This document shows, in pieces, positions 1 through 9,304 of a stretch of 58,315 nucleotides of DNA. Source of the DNA: Porphyromonas sp. (lineage in GTDB: Bacteria; Bacteroidota; Bacteroidia; Bacteroidales; Paludibacteraceae); assembly GCA_020726365.1 (NCBI GenBank), contig DYSC01000001.1, forward strand, positions 15,808-74,122. The letters are read 5' to 3'. A model generated the notes under the pieces. The model was given only the letters and a program-made list of their open reading frames with translations, was not told where the DNA came from and ran no database searches. Numbering within the stretch: the stretch's first letter is position 1; each line of letters opens with the position of its first letter. Position numbers and translations under genes: made by a program.

Positions 1-96
1 TTGGTTGGCGAGGTTTGGAAAGTTGGGTTAAACTATTTTGAAGAAATAAACCCAATAAAGAGAGCTAAAAAGATTAAATTTACCGACTTGGTATAA
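1..96 (+). CDS. 3' end of an unidentified CDS running in from the left edge
   Basis: Frame 1 is open from base 1 (LVGEVWKVGLNYFEEINPIKRAKKIKFTDLV) to TAA at 94-96, followed by hairpins. Confidence 0.55.
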   Translation: MVGEVWKVGLNYFEEINPIKRAKKIKFTDLV

Positions 97-97
97 A

Positions 98-188
98 AAA
101 CGAAGTCGCAAAAACATAAAAAACGTCTTTGCGACTTTGCGTCGTTATTATTGTAAGTGAGAACCTCAATTTGGATGAGACTCTCACT
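98..188. terminator. Two hairpins between convergent genes
   Basis: AAGTCGCAAA (103-112) pairs with TTTGCGACTT (128-137); AGTGAGA (156-162) pairs with TCTCACT (182-188). Confidence 0.55.
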
Positions 189-198
189 GATTTGAAAT

Positions 199-1746
199 TT
201 ATCCTACAATTTTCTTAAACAGGTTTTTCATATTTACGGCATCGCCAATAATTTTTTGTAAATCGGCAATGGCAACACGTTCCTGCTGCATACTGTCGCG
301 GTGACGAATGGTTACGCAGTTATCTTCCGGTGTTTGGTGGTCAACAGTGATACAGAATGGCGTTCCAACTGCATCCTGACGGCGGTAACGTTTTCCGATA
401 GAGTCTTTTTCGTCGTAAGCACATTTGAAATCAAATTTTAGGCTGTTGATAATGTTGCGGGCAATTTCGGGTAATCCATCTTTTTTTACCAATGGCATAA
501 CGCAGGCTTTTACAGGCGCCAACATCGGAGGCAATGTCAATACAACGCGTGTGTCGCCACCTTCCATGGCTTCTTCTTTGTACGAAGCTGCCATAATTGA
601 CAAGAATGTGCGGTCGACACCAATCGAAGTCTCGATAACGTAAGGCACGTACGATTGATTAATTTCAGGGTCGAAATATTTAATGTTTTTACCTGAGAAT
701 TTCTCGTGACTGCTCAAATCGAAATCGGTGCGTGAGTGAATTCCTTCCACTTCTTTGAATCCGAAAGGCATTTCAAATTCAATATCGGTAGCGGCGTTGG
801 CATAATGAGCTAATTTATCGTGGTCGTGGAAACGGTATTTTTGGTCGCCCAAGCCAAGAGCTTTGTGCCATTTGAGGCGGAATTCTTTCCAATGCTCAAA
901 CCATTTCATTTCCTCTCCCGGACGAACAAAGAATTGCATTTCCATTTGTTCGAACTCGCGCATACGGAAAATAAACTGGCGAGCAACTATCTCATTACGA
1001 AATGCTTTACCAATTTGGCAAATACCAAACGGAATTTTCATACGACCGGTTTTTTGAACATTCAGGAAGTTTACAAAAATACCCTGAGCCGTTTCCGGAC
1101 GTAGATAAATCTTCATAGCACCATCGGCTGTTGAGCCCATTTCGGTCGAGAACATCAAGTTAAACTGACGAACATCTGTCCAGTTGCGGGTTCCGCTAAT
1201 CGGGCAAACCACTTCGTAATCTTCGATAATGGCTTTCAGTTCAGCCAAATTCGAATCGTTCAACGCTTTTACAAAACGCGCATGAATTTCGTTCCGTTTT
1301 GCCTGATTTTCGAGCACACGTTCGTTGGTGGAGCGGAAAACAGCTTCGTCGAAGCTTTCGCCAAAACGTTTTGCAGCTTTTTCGACCTCTTTATTCATTT
1401 TATCGTCGTACTTTGCTAATAGTTCTTCGATAAGCACATCAGCTCGGTAACGCTTTTTACTGTCTTTGTTGTCAATCAATGGGTCGTTGAACGCATCAAC
1501 GTGCCCCGAAGCTTTCCAAGTAGTAGGGTGCATAAAAATGGCAGCATCAAGTCCAACCACGTTTTCGTTGAGCAGTACCATGCTGTCCCACCAGTATTTT
1601 TTGATATTATTTTTCAGTTCAACACCGTTCTGACCGTAGTCGTAAACGGCACCCAGACCGTCGTAAATTTCGCTCGAAGGAAACACAAAACCATATTCCT
1701 TGCAGTGCGCAATCAGTTTTTTAAAAACATCTTCTTGTGAAGCCAT
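199..1746 (-). CDS. glyQS: Glycine--tRNA ligase (alpha2 type)
   Basis: YLRPETAQGIF, GKAFRNEI, FRMREFEQME, SIGKRYRRQD class II GlyRS motifs. Confidence 0.97.
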   Translation of the reverse strand: MASQEDVFKKLIAHCKEYGFVFPSSEIYDGLGAVYDYGQNGVELKNNIKKYWWDSMVLLNENVVGLDAAIFMHPTTWKASGHVDAFNDPLIDNKDSKKRYRADVLIEELLAKYDDKMNKEVEKAAKRFGESFDEAVFRSTNERVLENQAKRNEIHARFVKALNDSNLAELKAIIEDYEVVCPISGTRNWTDVRQFNLMFSTEMGSTADGAMKIYLRPETAQGIFVNFLNVQKTGRMKIPFGICQIGKAFRNEIVARQFIFRMREFEQMEMQFFVRPGEEMKWFEHWKEFRLKWHKALGLGDQKYRFHDHDKLAHYANAATDIEFEMPFGFKEVEGIHSRTDFDLSSHEKFSGKNIKYFDPEINQSYVPYVIETSIGVDRTFLSIMAASYKEEAMEGGDTRVVLTLPPMLAPVKACVMPLVKKDGLPEIARNIINSLKFDFKCAYDEKDSIGKRYRRQDAVGTPFCITVDHQTPEDNCVTIRHRDSMQQERVAIADLQKIIGDAVNMKNLFKKIVG

Positions 1747-1763
1747 AATATTTTATATACAAT

Positions 1764-2207
1764 TTATTTATAAAGTTTCAATATCCAATTAATCAGCATA
1801 GAACAATTAGTATCATTCACTGTTAAATATCTTTTTGTAATAGCTAAAGGCGTGCCAGGGTCTTCTTGCCACGAAAGCCAAGTATGTATTTTAGCTTTCG
1901 ATTTATGAGTCGACGAATACTTATTTGAAAATCCTACATGTCGATTGGTAAACAATGATGACAACGATTTTATATTATAATCAGTTATATTCTTCGAAAC
2001 ATCATTTTGACGATAATACTCCCCTCTATCCGTTAATAGTTGAAAAATATTTTGAAAATCACCCTTAGTAGCAAAAATTGCAACAGCTTCAAGAACAGTT
2101 GATTTTCCAGTGTTGTTCTGTCCAGTAATTAGATTTATTCTTTTTAATGAATTGACTCTAAGATTTTTGATACTCCTATAATTTTCAATCTTTAAAGAGC
2201 TTAACAT
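1764..2207 (-). pseudogene. Deletion fusion of an AAA_15/AAA_21-type ATPase N-terminus to a DUF3226-like C-terminus
   Basis: IENYRSI...LITGQNNTGKST Walker A with no Walker B; ends HKSKAKIHTWLSWQEDPGTPLAITKRYL, resembling DUF3226 C-termini; only 147 aa. Confidence 0.7.
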
Positions 2208-2242
2208 AACATTATTTTTTAAAATTCAATTTTATTCATCGG

Positions 2243-2250
2243 CAAAGTTA
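2243..2250 (-). promoter_or_regulatory. Bacteroidota -7 promoter box
   Basis: TAACTTTG on the minus strand upstream of the AAA relic and glyQS. Confidence 0.6.
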
Positions 2251-2385
2251 CAATAATTTTGCTAAAAATCATGTTGTTAGTAAGATATTAGCATCTAAAA
2301 ACAGCTAAAAAACAAACCCAAAACCGAACTTCAATAATTCTGCTTTGGGTTTTAATTCTAATTCTTTGCTCTGGCTGCTACTATC

Positions 2386-4191
2386 TTACGCTTCGGTATA
2401 CATTTCGTCGATAAGCGATTTGTATTTTTGCATAATCACGGCGCGGCGCATTTTAAGGGTGTTTGTAAGTTCGCCCGATTCTATTGTAAATCCCTTACGT
2501 ATCAGTTTAAAACGTTTAACTTGCTCGTACTTAGCCATGTCGGCTTGTGCTTTTTTGATACGTTCTTCAATAAGTTTCAAAATTTCAGGCTTTTGGAGCA
2601 AGTCATCGTGGTCGGAGAATGAAATTTTGTTTTTATGTGCAAACTCCTCCAATGCCGTAAGCGAAGGAGCAATAATTGCCGTAACATAATTTCGCTCATC
2701 GCCAATAGCAGCCGCTTGTTCGATGTAAATATCCAACGCCAAACGAGTTTCGATAGCCTGAGGTGCAATGTATTTACCGTTCGATGTTTTAAATAAATCT
2801 TTAATACGTTCGGTAAGTGTGATAATTCCATCTTTTAAATGACCTGCATCGCCTGTTCGGAACCAACCATCTTCGGTAAATGCTTCGGCAGTAGCCTTTT
2901 CGTTTTTGTAATAGCCACTGAACACGGTTTTGCCCTTGACCATTATTTCATTATCCTGTCCAATTTTTACTTGTAAATCCGGCATTATTTTACCAACAGT
3001 ACCAATTTCATAACCAACATAATCGAAGCACGAAACGGTAGCTGTTGTTTCGGTAAGTCCGTATCCATAAACAATTGGTACTCCTATGCTTCGCAAGAAA
3101 ACATTTATATCGTCGGATAATTTAGCTCCGGCTGTTGGTAGCATATTAGCATTTTCGATGCCTATGGTTTTCTTTACTTTCGAGAATATTAACTTATCGG
3201 CAATGGCATATTTTAGTTTTAATAAAATGCCAGGATTTTCTCCAAGTCGCAGATAATCAAGATTATATTGTTTTCCAACTGCCACAGCCCACGTTACAAG
3301 TCCTTGCTTAGAAGGTGGCATTTTCGCAATATTTTCCTGTACGCTGGAATATACTTTTTCCCAAAATCGGGGAACCGAACACATTAGCGTAGGGCGTACA
3401 TCTTTAATGGTTTGCTGAATTTCGATTGGTCGGAAATTAACATATACCTGCACGCCCATATACATGCAAAAATATGTCCATGTTCGTTCAAAAACGTGCG
3501 AAAGTGGAAGAAATGCAATCGAAACATCCTTATCGCTTGTAGTGGTGAGTCGTATTTTGTGTGTGCGCATGGCTTCCATAAAAGTCGAATGTGGCATCAT
3601 CACACCTTTGGGTTTTCCTGTGGTACCCGATGTGTAAAGTATACTGGCTAAATCATCTTCCGAAGCTTTATTCGTTCGATTTTGAACCTCTAAATGTTGG
3701 GTCGATTTTTCGCCTAATGTAACTAACTCGTGGTAATACATTGATTTACCATCATTTTTAATTTTAACATCAGGGTCGAAAACAATAATTTTTTTCAGTA
3801 TTTCCGAAGTTGCAATCACTTCACAGGCTTCATCGTATTGTTTTTGTTCGCCTACAAAAATCACTTTTATTTCGGCATCATTTACAATATATTCCACCTG
3901 AGCAGCCGTTGATGTAGCATAAATCGGCACTAAAACCGATCGGTTGCCGTAGAGTGCAAAGTCAATAATAAGGTTCTCGGTCATGTTTTGCGAGTACTGA
4001 CCAACACATTCCTGTTCGGCCACACCAAGTTCTACCAATGCTTTTGCAACTGTAAATACTTGTTTATCAAAATTATTCCAACTTATTGGCGTCCATTGAT
4101 CGGTTAAATTTTTACGAAAATGGAAAATAGGTCTATCGCCATATTTTTGTGCCTGAGCTCGCACAATTTGTGAAAAATGTAGTTCCTGCAT
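2386..4191 (-). CDS. Long-chain fatty acid--CoA ligase (AMP-dependent synthetase)
   Basis: YTSGTTGKPKG, YGYGLTET, WFRTGDAG motifs; -7 box TATCTTTG at 4228-4235. Confidence 0.92.
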   Translation of the reverse strand: MQELHFSQIVRAQAQKYGDRPIFHFRKNLTDQWTPISWNNFDKQVFTVAKALVELGVAEQECVGQYSQNMTENLIIDFALYGNRSVLVPIYATSTAAQVEYIVNDAEIKVIFVGEQKQYDEACEVIATSEILKKIIVFDPDVKIKNDGKSMYYHELVTLGEKSTQHLEVQNRTNKASEDDLASILYTSGTTGKPKGVMMPHSTFMEAMRTHKIRLTTTSDKDVSIAFLPLSHVFERTWTYFCMYMGVQVYVNFRPIEIQQTIKDVRPTLMCSVPRFWEKVYSSVQENIAKMPPSKQGLVTWAVAVGKQYNLDYLRLGENPGILLKLKYAIADKLIFSKVKKTIGIENANMLPTAGAKLSDDINVFLRSIGVPIVYGYGLTETTATVSCFDYVGYEIGTVGKIMPDLQVKIGQDNEIMVKGKTVFSGYYKNEKATAEAFTEDGWFRTGDAGHLKDGIITLTERIKDLFKTSNGKYIAPQAIETRLALDIYIEQAAAIGDERNYVTAIIAPSLTALEEFAHKNKISFSDHDDLLQKPEILKLIEERIKKAQADMAKYEQVKRFKLIRKGFTIESGELTNTLKMRRAVIMQKYKSLIDEMYTEA

Positions 4192-4381
4192 ACTGTGTTA
4201 TTTAGCTTGTTTTCAATTGTATGAACGCAAAGATAAATTATTTTTTTGAAACTATTACACAAAATTGGAATTTTTGTGCAGGTTATGGAAAGTATTTTTA
4301 AACTTCTTATCTTAGCAATTACCTACACAATTAACATTTTATTGCTGTTCATCTCTCAATTTTTTTCACACAATAGGTTTT

Positions 4382-5407
4382 TCACATTAAAAGTTTTTTG
4401 ATTTCTTTATCAAAATCGCTTTCGTAAAGCTGATTTTGGATTATACTATATTTCCCGTATTCATTCTCGGCAAACTCTTTTGCTAATGCAGCAGTAACTT
4501 TTCCAGAGTTATAAAGTATCTGTTTTTGATTAAACTGCAAAAAAGCATTAAGTTTTTCAGCCCAATCTTTCATAGTCATGGCTTTTCCTTGTTCGGCTTG
4601 ATCTTCGGCGTAATCCAGATACATCGAAACAATTCGGTTGAGTGGTTTTAATTCATCTTCTGTAAGATAGTTTTTAGCAATAGTAACATCCGATTTTCTG
4701 ATTTTGCCTTGTGGTGAATTTTTCCAACTTGTTAAACCCATTTTTTCTTTTTCGTGATTTGCTCGTGTAACAATTATTTCTGCTGCAGTTTGTCCTGTTA
4801 TTGCCCAATGCAGTTTGTTTTGTACGGTTGCAAAAAACTCTTTTGTAATTTCTGAATTGTAATCGTAATCAATACTGCATTCGGCGTAAATATCTGTAAT
4901 TTGTTGATAAAACCTGCGTTCCGAACTTCGGATATCTCTGATTTTTTCGAGCTGTTCTTTAAAATAGTCTTTTCCAAACAATGGCTGTGGACTTTTCAGA
5001 CGCACCACATCCATTGTGTAGCCTTTTATAATATACTCTTTAAGCACAGCAGTAGCCCAAATTCGAAATTGCGTTGCTCTTTTGGAGTTTACCCTATAGC
5101 CAACTGCAATTATAGCATCGAGATTATAAAATTTTGTGGGTTTAGTTTGCGTTTTATCAATGATAGCACCGTGTTGAGTGGTTATTTCCAAAATGGAAAC
5201 AACCACTTTTTCGTCCAACTCACCACTCTCAAAAATATTTTTCAGATGCTTTGATATTGCAGGAACATTTACATTAAAAAGTTCTGCAATTTTACTTTGA
5301 GGCATCCATATTGTTTCGTTTTGCAACAAAACATCCACCTTTATGTCACCGTTATCGGTTTTATAAAGTAAAAATTCTTTATTGGGATTATATTTCGATA
5401 AATCCAT
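4382..5407 (-). CDS. RhuM family protein
   Basis: YNLDAIIAVGYRVNSKRATQFRIWAT, IRDIRSSERRFY, VQNKLHWAITGQTAAE; -7 box TAACTTTG at 5458-5465. Confidence 0.9.
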   Translation of the reverse strand: MDLSKYNPNKEFLLYKTDNGDIKVDVLLQNETIWMPQSKIAELFNVNVPAISKHLKNIFESGELDEKVVVSILEITTQHGAIIDKTQTKPTKFYNLDAIIAVGYRVNSKRATQFRIWATAVLKEYIIKGYTMDVVRLKSPQPLFGKDYFKEQLEKIRDIRSSERRFYQQITDIYAECSIDYDYNSEITKEFFATVQNKLHWAITGQTAAEIIVTRANHEKEKMGLTSWKNSPQGKIRKSDVTIAKNYLTEDELKPLNRIVSMYLDYAEDQAEQGKAMTMKDWAEKLNAFLQFNQKQILYNSGKVTAALAKEFAENEYGKYSIIQNQLYESDFDKEIKKLLM

Positions 5408-5632
5408 ATTATTTTTTGCTTATGAATTGGGTTATTAGCGTGTAAAACTTGAAACTACAAAGTTAAAAAGTTTTATTATTAATTTATGTCTTTGTTGTAT
5501 TTATTTTGTACATTCTTTAATGGCTATTATAGCTCTTTAATTTCGCAAACTTTGTTATAAAAACAGCTTGTTTGGTTGAAGTTTTACAATAAAGTACTAA
5601 TTTTGCAGTCAATTTTAAAAAATGCAATAAAG

Positions 5633-6580
5633 ATGAGTGTTGTAGATAGCATTAAAAATACGGGTAAAACGGCTTTTTCGTTTGAGTTGCTGCCACCGCT
5701 TAAAGGCAATGGCATGGACGGCGTAAACCGCACAATTGAGACTTTGCTTGAATTTGATCCCCAATACATCAATATTACAACGCATCGTAGCGAGTTGGTT
5801 TTCAAGGAAACGGCTAACGGATTGTTCGAGCGTGTTTCGGAGCGTCATCGTCCGGGAACAGTGGCTATTGCAGCCGCCATTCAGCATAAATACAAAATTC
5901 CGGTGGTTCCGCATATTATTTGTAGTGGATTTACACGCGAAGAGACTGAATATGCGCTGATAGATTTGCAATACCTTGGAATTACTGATCTCTTGTTGTT
6001 GCGCGGCGATAAAGCCAAACACGAAAAGGAATTTGTGGCTACAGGAAATGCTTTTGCTACCGAATTACAAGTACAGGTTAACCGTTTCAATGAAGGTTTT
6101 TTCTTAGATGGTTCGCAAATGAAAACGAGTATGCAACCGTTTTCGTACGGCATGGCTTGTTATCCAGAGAAACACGAAGAGTCGCCCAACATCGAATCAG
6201 ATTTGTTTTATGCCAAACAAAAAGTAGATGCGGGTGCTGAATATTTAGTAACCCAGATGTTTTTTGATAATCAGAAATATTACGATTTTGTGGAAAAATG
6301 CCGTCAGGTGGGTATCAATGTGCCTATTATACCGGGACTGAAACCACTTACTCTTTTGAATCAAATGACTGTTTTGCCCAAAATTTTCAAAGCCGATTTT
6401 CCGGAAGAATTTGTGGCTGAGCTTCGCAAATGTAAAACTGATGCCGAAGCTACCGAAGTGGGAGTGGAGTGGTGTACTTTACAGGCTAAAGATTTGATTA
6501 AAAATAATATACCAAGTATTCATTTTTATAGTTTGATGGCGGCACAAAGTGTAAAACGGGTGGCACAAGCGGTATTTTAA
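5633..6580 (+). CDS. metF: Methylenetetrahydrofolate reductase
   Basis: FSFELLPP, LLLRGD, ACYPEKH, VTQMFFDN; start moved to ATG 5633, downstream of -7 box TAATTTTG at 5598-5605. Confidence 0.95.
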   Translation: MSVVDSIKNTGKTAFSFELLPPLKGNGMDGVNRTIETLLEFDPQYINITTHRSELVFKETANGLFERVSERHRPGTVAIAAAIQHKYKIPVVPHIICSGFTREETEYALIDLQYLGITDLLLLRGDKAKHEKEFVATGNAFATELQVQVNRFNEGFFLDGSQMKTSMQPFSYGMACYPEKHEESPNIESDLFYAKQKVDAGAEYLVTQMFFDNQKYYDFVEKCRQVGINVPIIPGLKPLTLLNQMTVLPKIFKADFPEEFVAELRKCKTDAEATEVGVEWCTLQAKDLIKNNIPSIHFYSLMAAQSVKRVAQAVF

Positions 6581-6617
6581 GTTCATAAGGTTGGTAAAGT
6601 AATAAAGTTTGATTTGT

Positions 6618-6836
6618 ATGGGATTTTTAGTTTCAATTCTATTCGTAGTTTTATTTTTTGTACTTCTGATTTTTTTGTTTGTACTCGGATTTTTACGTTC
6701 TATTTTTAAATTTGGAAAACGAAAAAATGCTTATACATCTGAAAATAAAGAAAATACTTATCAGCAACAAAAACAACGCAATAAAGTTTTTGATAAAAAC
6801 GAAGGCGAATACGCCGATTTTGAAGAAATAAAATGA
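6618..6836 (+). CDS. Small membrane protein, DUF4834-like
   Basis: N-terminal TM helix and C-terminal KVFDKNEGEYADFEEIK. Confidence 0.75.
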   Translation: MGFLVSILFVVLFFVLLIFLFVLGFLRSIFKFGKRKNAYTSENKENTYQQQKQRNKVFDKNEGEYADFEEIK

Positions 6837-6987
6837 GCTAAAAATGCAATTTTATACATTTTTAGCATGGGATTTTACGAGAATAAGGCATTTTTCTAAA
6901 CAAAACAACTACATTTGTTATTATAATCAATTATAACCTGATCTTAAGTTCGGTTATTTTTTTGAAACAAAAAAATGTAATAACAAT

Positions 6988-9081
6988 ATGACAACAAAAA
7001 CTTTTTTGCTAATGACAGCAATTACAATCAGTGGACTTGCACAAGCTGCTAATCCACTTCTCGAAAAGTACAATACTCCGTACGAAACAATTCCTTTTAA
7101 TAAAATTAAAAATGAGCATTACCTGCCAGCCATAGAAGTGGCTATGAAAGAGCATAATAAGGAAATTGATGCCATCGTAAATAATACAAAACCGGCAACA
7201 TTCGAAAATACGATTGTGGCGCTCGAAAAAAGTGGCGCTTTGCTCACAAAGGTTACAACGCCGTTTTTTAACCTGCTCGGTGCCGAAACCAACGACGAAA
7301 TGCAGGCTATTGCTCAAAAAGTATCGCCCATGCTTTCGGAACATGGAAACGCCATAACGCTCAACGATAAACTTTTTGCCCGCGTTAAAGCGGTTTATGA
7401 CGCTAAAGACAAGCTCAAACTTACGGCAGAACAACAGATGCTGCTTCAGAAAACCTACGACCGCTTTGCCGAAAATGGAGCCAATCTTTCGGATAAAGAT
7501 AAAGAAACATACAAGCAATTGTCGAAAGATCTAAGTATGTTGACATTGAATTTTGGTCAGAATGGGTTGAAAGAAACCAATAAATGGAGCATGCAGATTA
7601 CTGATAAAAATCTGATGGCCGGTTTGCCTCAGGATGTGCTTGATATGTTGGCTATTAATGCCAAAAAAGCAGGTAAAGAAGGTTGGGTGCTCGACTTGAA
7701 AGCCACAACGTACGGTCCGGTAATGAAGTATGCCGATAACCGCGACCTTCGTCGTGAGTTGTATATTGCTTACAGTACACGTAATATGTTGGGTGGTGAA
7801 TTTGATAATGTGGAGAATGTACGCAAAATTGCCAATCTGCGTTTGCAAATGGTTAAGTTATTGGGAAACAAATCGTATGCCGATTATAGTTTGGTGCATC
7901 GCATGGCCGAAAACAAAGCCAATGTGTACGACTTGCTGACTAAATTATTGGTTGCTTACAAACCTGCTGCCGAAAAAGAGTATGCCGATTTGCAGGATTT
8001 TGCCAACAAAAAGGGAGCTTATTTTAAAGTGCAGTCGTGGGATTGGTCGTATTATTCGGAAAAACTGAAAGCTGAAAAATTTGATTTGAACGACGAAATG
8101 CTCAAACCATATTTCGAACTCGAAAACGTGAAAAAAGGAGTTTTTGGTTTAGCAACAAAGCTTTACGGAATTAAATTTGTAAAAAATACAAACATTCCTG
8201 TTTATCATGCCGAGGTGGATGCGTATGATGTTGTTGACGAAAAAGGGAAATTTGTGGCGGTGCTGTACACTGATTTTCATCCGCGCGATGGAAAGCGTTC
8301 GGGAGCATGGATGAGTGAGTTCAAAGGTCAGTGGTTGGATGGTAAAAAAGATAGCCGTCCGCACATTACCATCGTAATGAACTTTACGCGCCCAACCGAA
8401 ACCAAACCTGCATTGCTTACTTTCGACGAAGTAACTACATTTTTGCACGAATTTGGTCATGCTCTGCACGGCATGTTAACCAAATGTACTTATGAATCTC
8501 TTTCTGGTACAAGTGTTTACCGCGATTTTGTAGAGCTTCCATCGCAAATAATGGAAAATTGGGGACCCGAAAAAGCATTTCTTGATGGTTTTGCCAAACA
8601 TTACCAAACGGGTGAGAAAATTCCTGCAGCGTTAATTCAAAAAATTAAAGATGCCGAGAATTTCAATATTGCAAACTTTAGTTTAAGGCAATTGAGTTTT
8701 GGATTTTTGGATATGGCTTGGCACACGCTCGAAATTCCATACACGGGTGATGTAATTAAATTTGAAAAAGAGGCTATGAGCAAAACTCAAATACTGCCTG
8801 TTATAAACGAAGTGAGCATGAGTCCTACATTTAATCATATTTTTGCAGGAGGTTATGCTGCAGGTTATTACAGTTACAAGTGGGCAGAAGTGCTCGATGC
8901 TGATGCTTATTCGGTATTTGTAAAAAATGGTATTTTTGATAAAAAAACCGCCGCATCGTTCCGTGAAAACATTTTGGTTAAAGGAGGTACTGAACATCCA
9001 ATGACGCTTTACAAACGCTTTCGTGGACAAGAGCCAACTATCGATGCCTTGCTAATTCGTAACGGAATAAAACCACAGTAA
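6988..9081 (+). CDS. dcp: M3 family metallopeptidase (peptidyl-dipeptidase Dcp-like), exported
   Basis: Signal peptide, ANPLL, HEFGHALH, DFVELPSQ, GYYSYKWAEVLDADA; -7 box at 6910-6917. Confidence 0.92.
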   Translation: MTTKTFLLMTAITISGLAQAANPLLEKYNTPYETIPFNKIKNEHYLPAIEVAMKEHNKEIDAIVNNTKPATFENTIVALEKSGALLTKVTTPFFNLLGAETNDEMQAIAQKVSPMLSEHGNAITLNDKLFARVKAVYDAKDKLKLTAEQQMLLQKTYDRFAENGANLSDKDKETYKQLSKDLSMLTLNFGQNGLKETNKWSMQITDKNLMAGLPQDVLDMLAINAKKAGKEGWVLDLKATTYGPVMKYADNRDLRRELYIAYSTRNMLGGEFDNVENVRKIANLRLQMVKLLGNKSYADYSLVHRMAENKANVYDLLTKLLVAYKPAAEKEYADLQDFANKKGAYFKVQSWDWSYYSEKLKAEKFDLNDEMLKPYFELENVKKGVFGLATKLYGIKFVKNTNIPVYHAEVDAYDVVDEKGKFVAVLYTDFHPRDGKRSGAWMSEFKGQWLDGKKDSRPHITIVMNFTRPTETKPALLTFDEVTTFLHEFGHALHGMLTKCTYESLSGTSVYRDFVELPSQIMENWGPEKAFLDGFAKHYQTGEKIPAALIQKIKDAENFNIANFSLRQLSFGFLDMAWHTLEIPYTGDVIKFEKEAMSKTQILPVINEVSMSPTFNHIFAGGYAAGYYSYKWAEVLDADAYSVFVKNGIFDKKTAASFRENILVKGGTEHPMTLYKRFRGQEPTIDALLIRNGIKPQ

Positions 9082-9104
9082 TTTTTTCATAAATTAAAAT
9101 TCAG

Positions 9105-9147
9105 TACCCAAAAAAATTAATTGATTAATTTTTTTGGGTAATTTTTT
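9105..9147 (+). terminator. Intrinsic terminator
   Basis: TACCCAAAAAAATTAAT / ATTAATTTTTTTGGGTA stem followed by a T-run. Confidence 0.75.
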
Positions 9148-9152
9148 ATCTG

Positions 9153-9183
9153 CTTTTGTGCTCTTTTGTTTTCTTTTGTGGTT
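9153..9183 (-). repeat. Short 10-nt-period repeat (CACAAAAG-type), three units
   Basis: CTTTTGTG-CT-CTTTTGTT-TT-CTTTTGTG; related to 40193-40231. Confidence 0.45.
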
Positions 9184-9304
9184 TAATTATCTTAAAATCG
9201 AAATCGTTTGCATTTTAATTGAAACTTAATAAAATTATTGTTGTTGAATTCACGAAAATTTCGTCTATTTTTGTGTGTAATTTATTCTCAAAATAAAAAT
9301 CAAT

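Noticed and set aside
6579-6607. Possible nonamer repeat AAGTTCATA AGGTTGGTA AAGTAATAA
   Set aside because: Too degenerate and short to separate from chance
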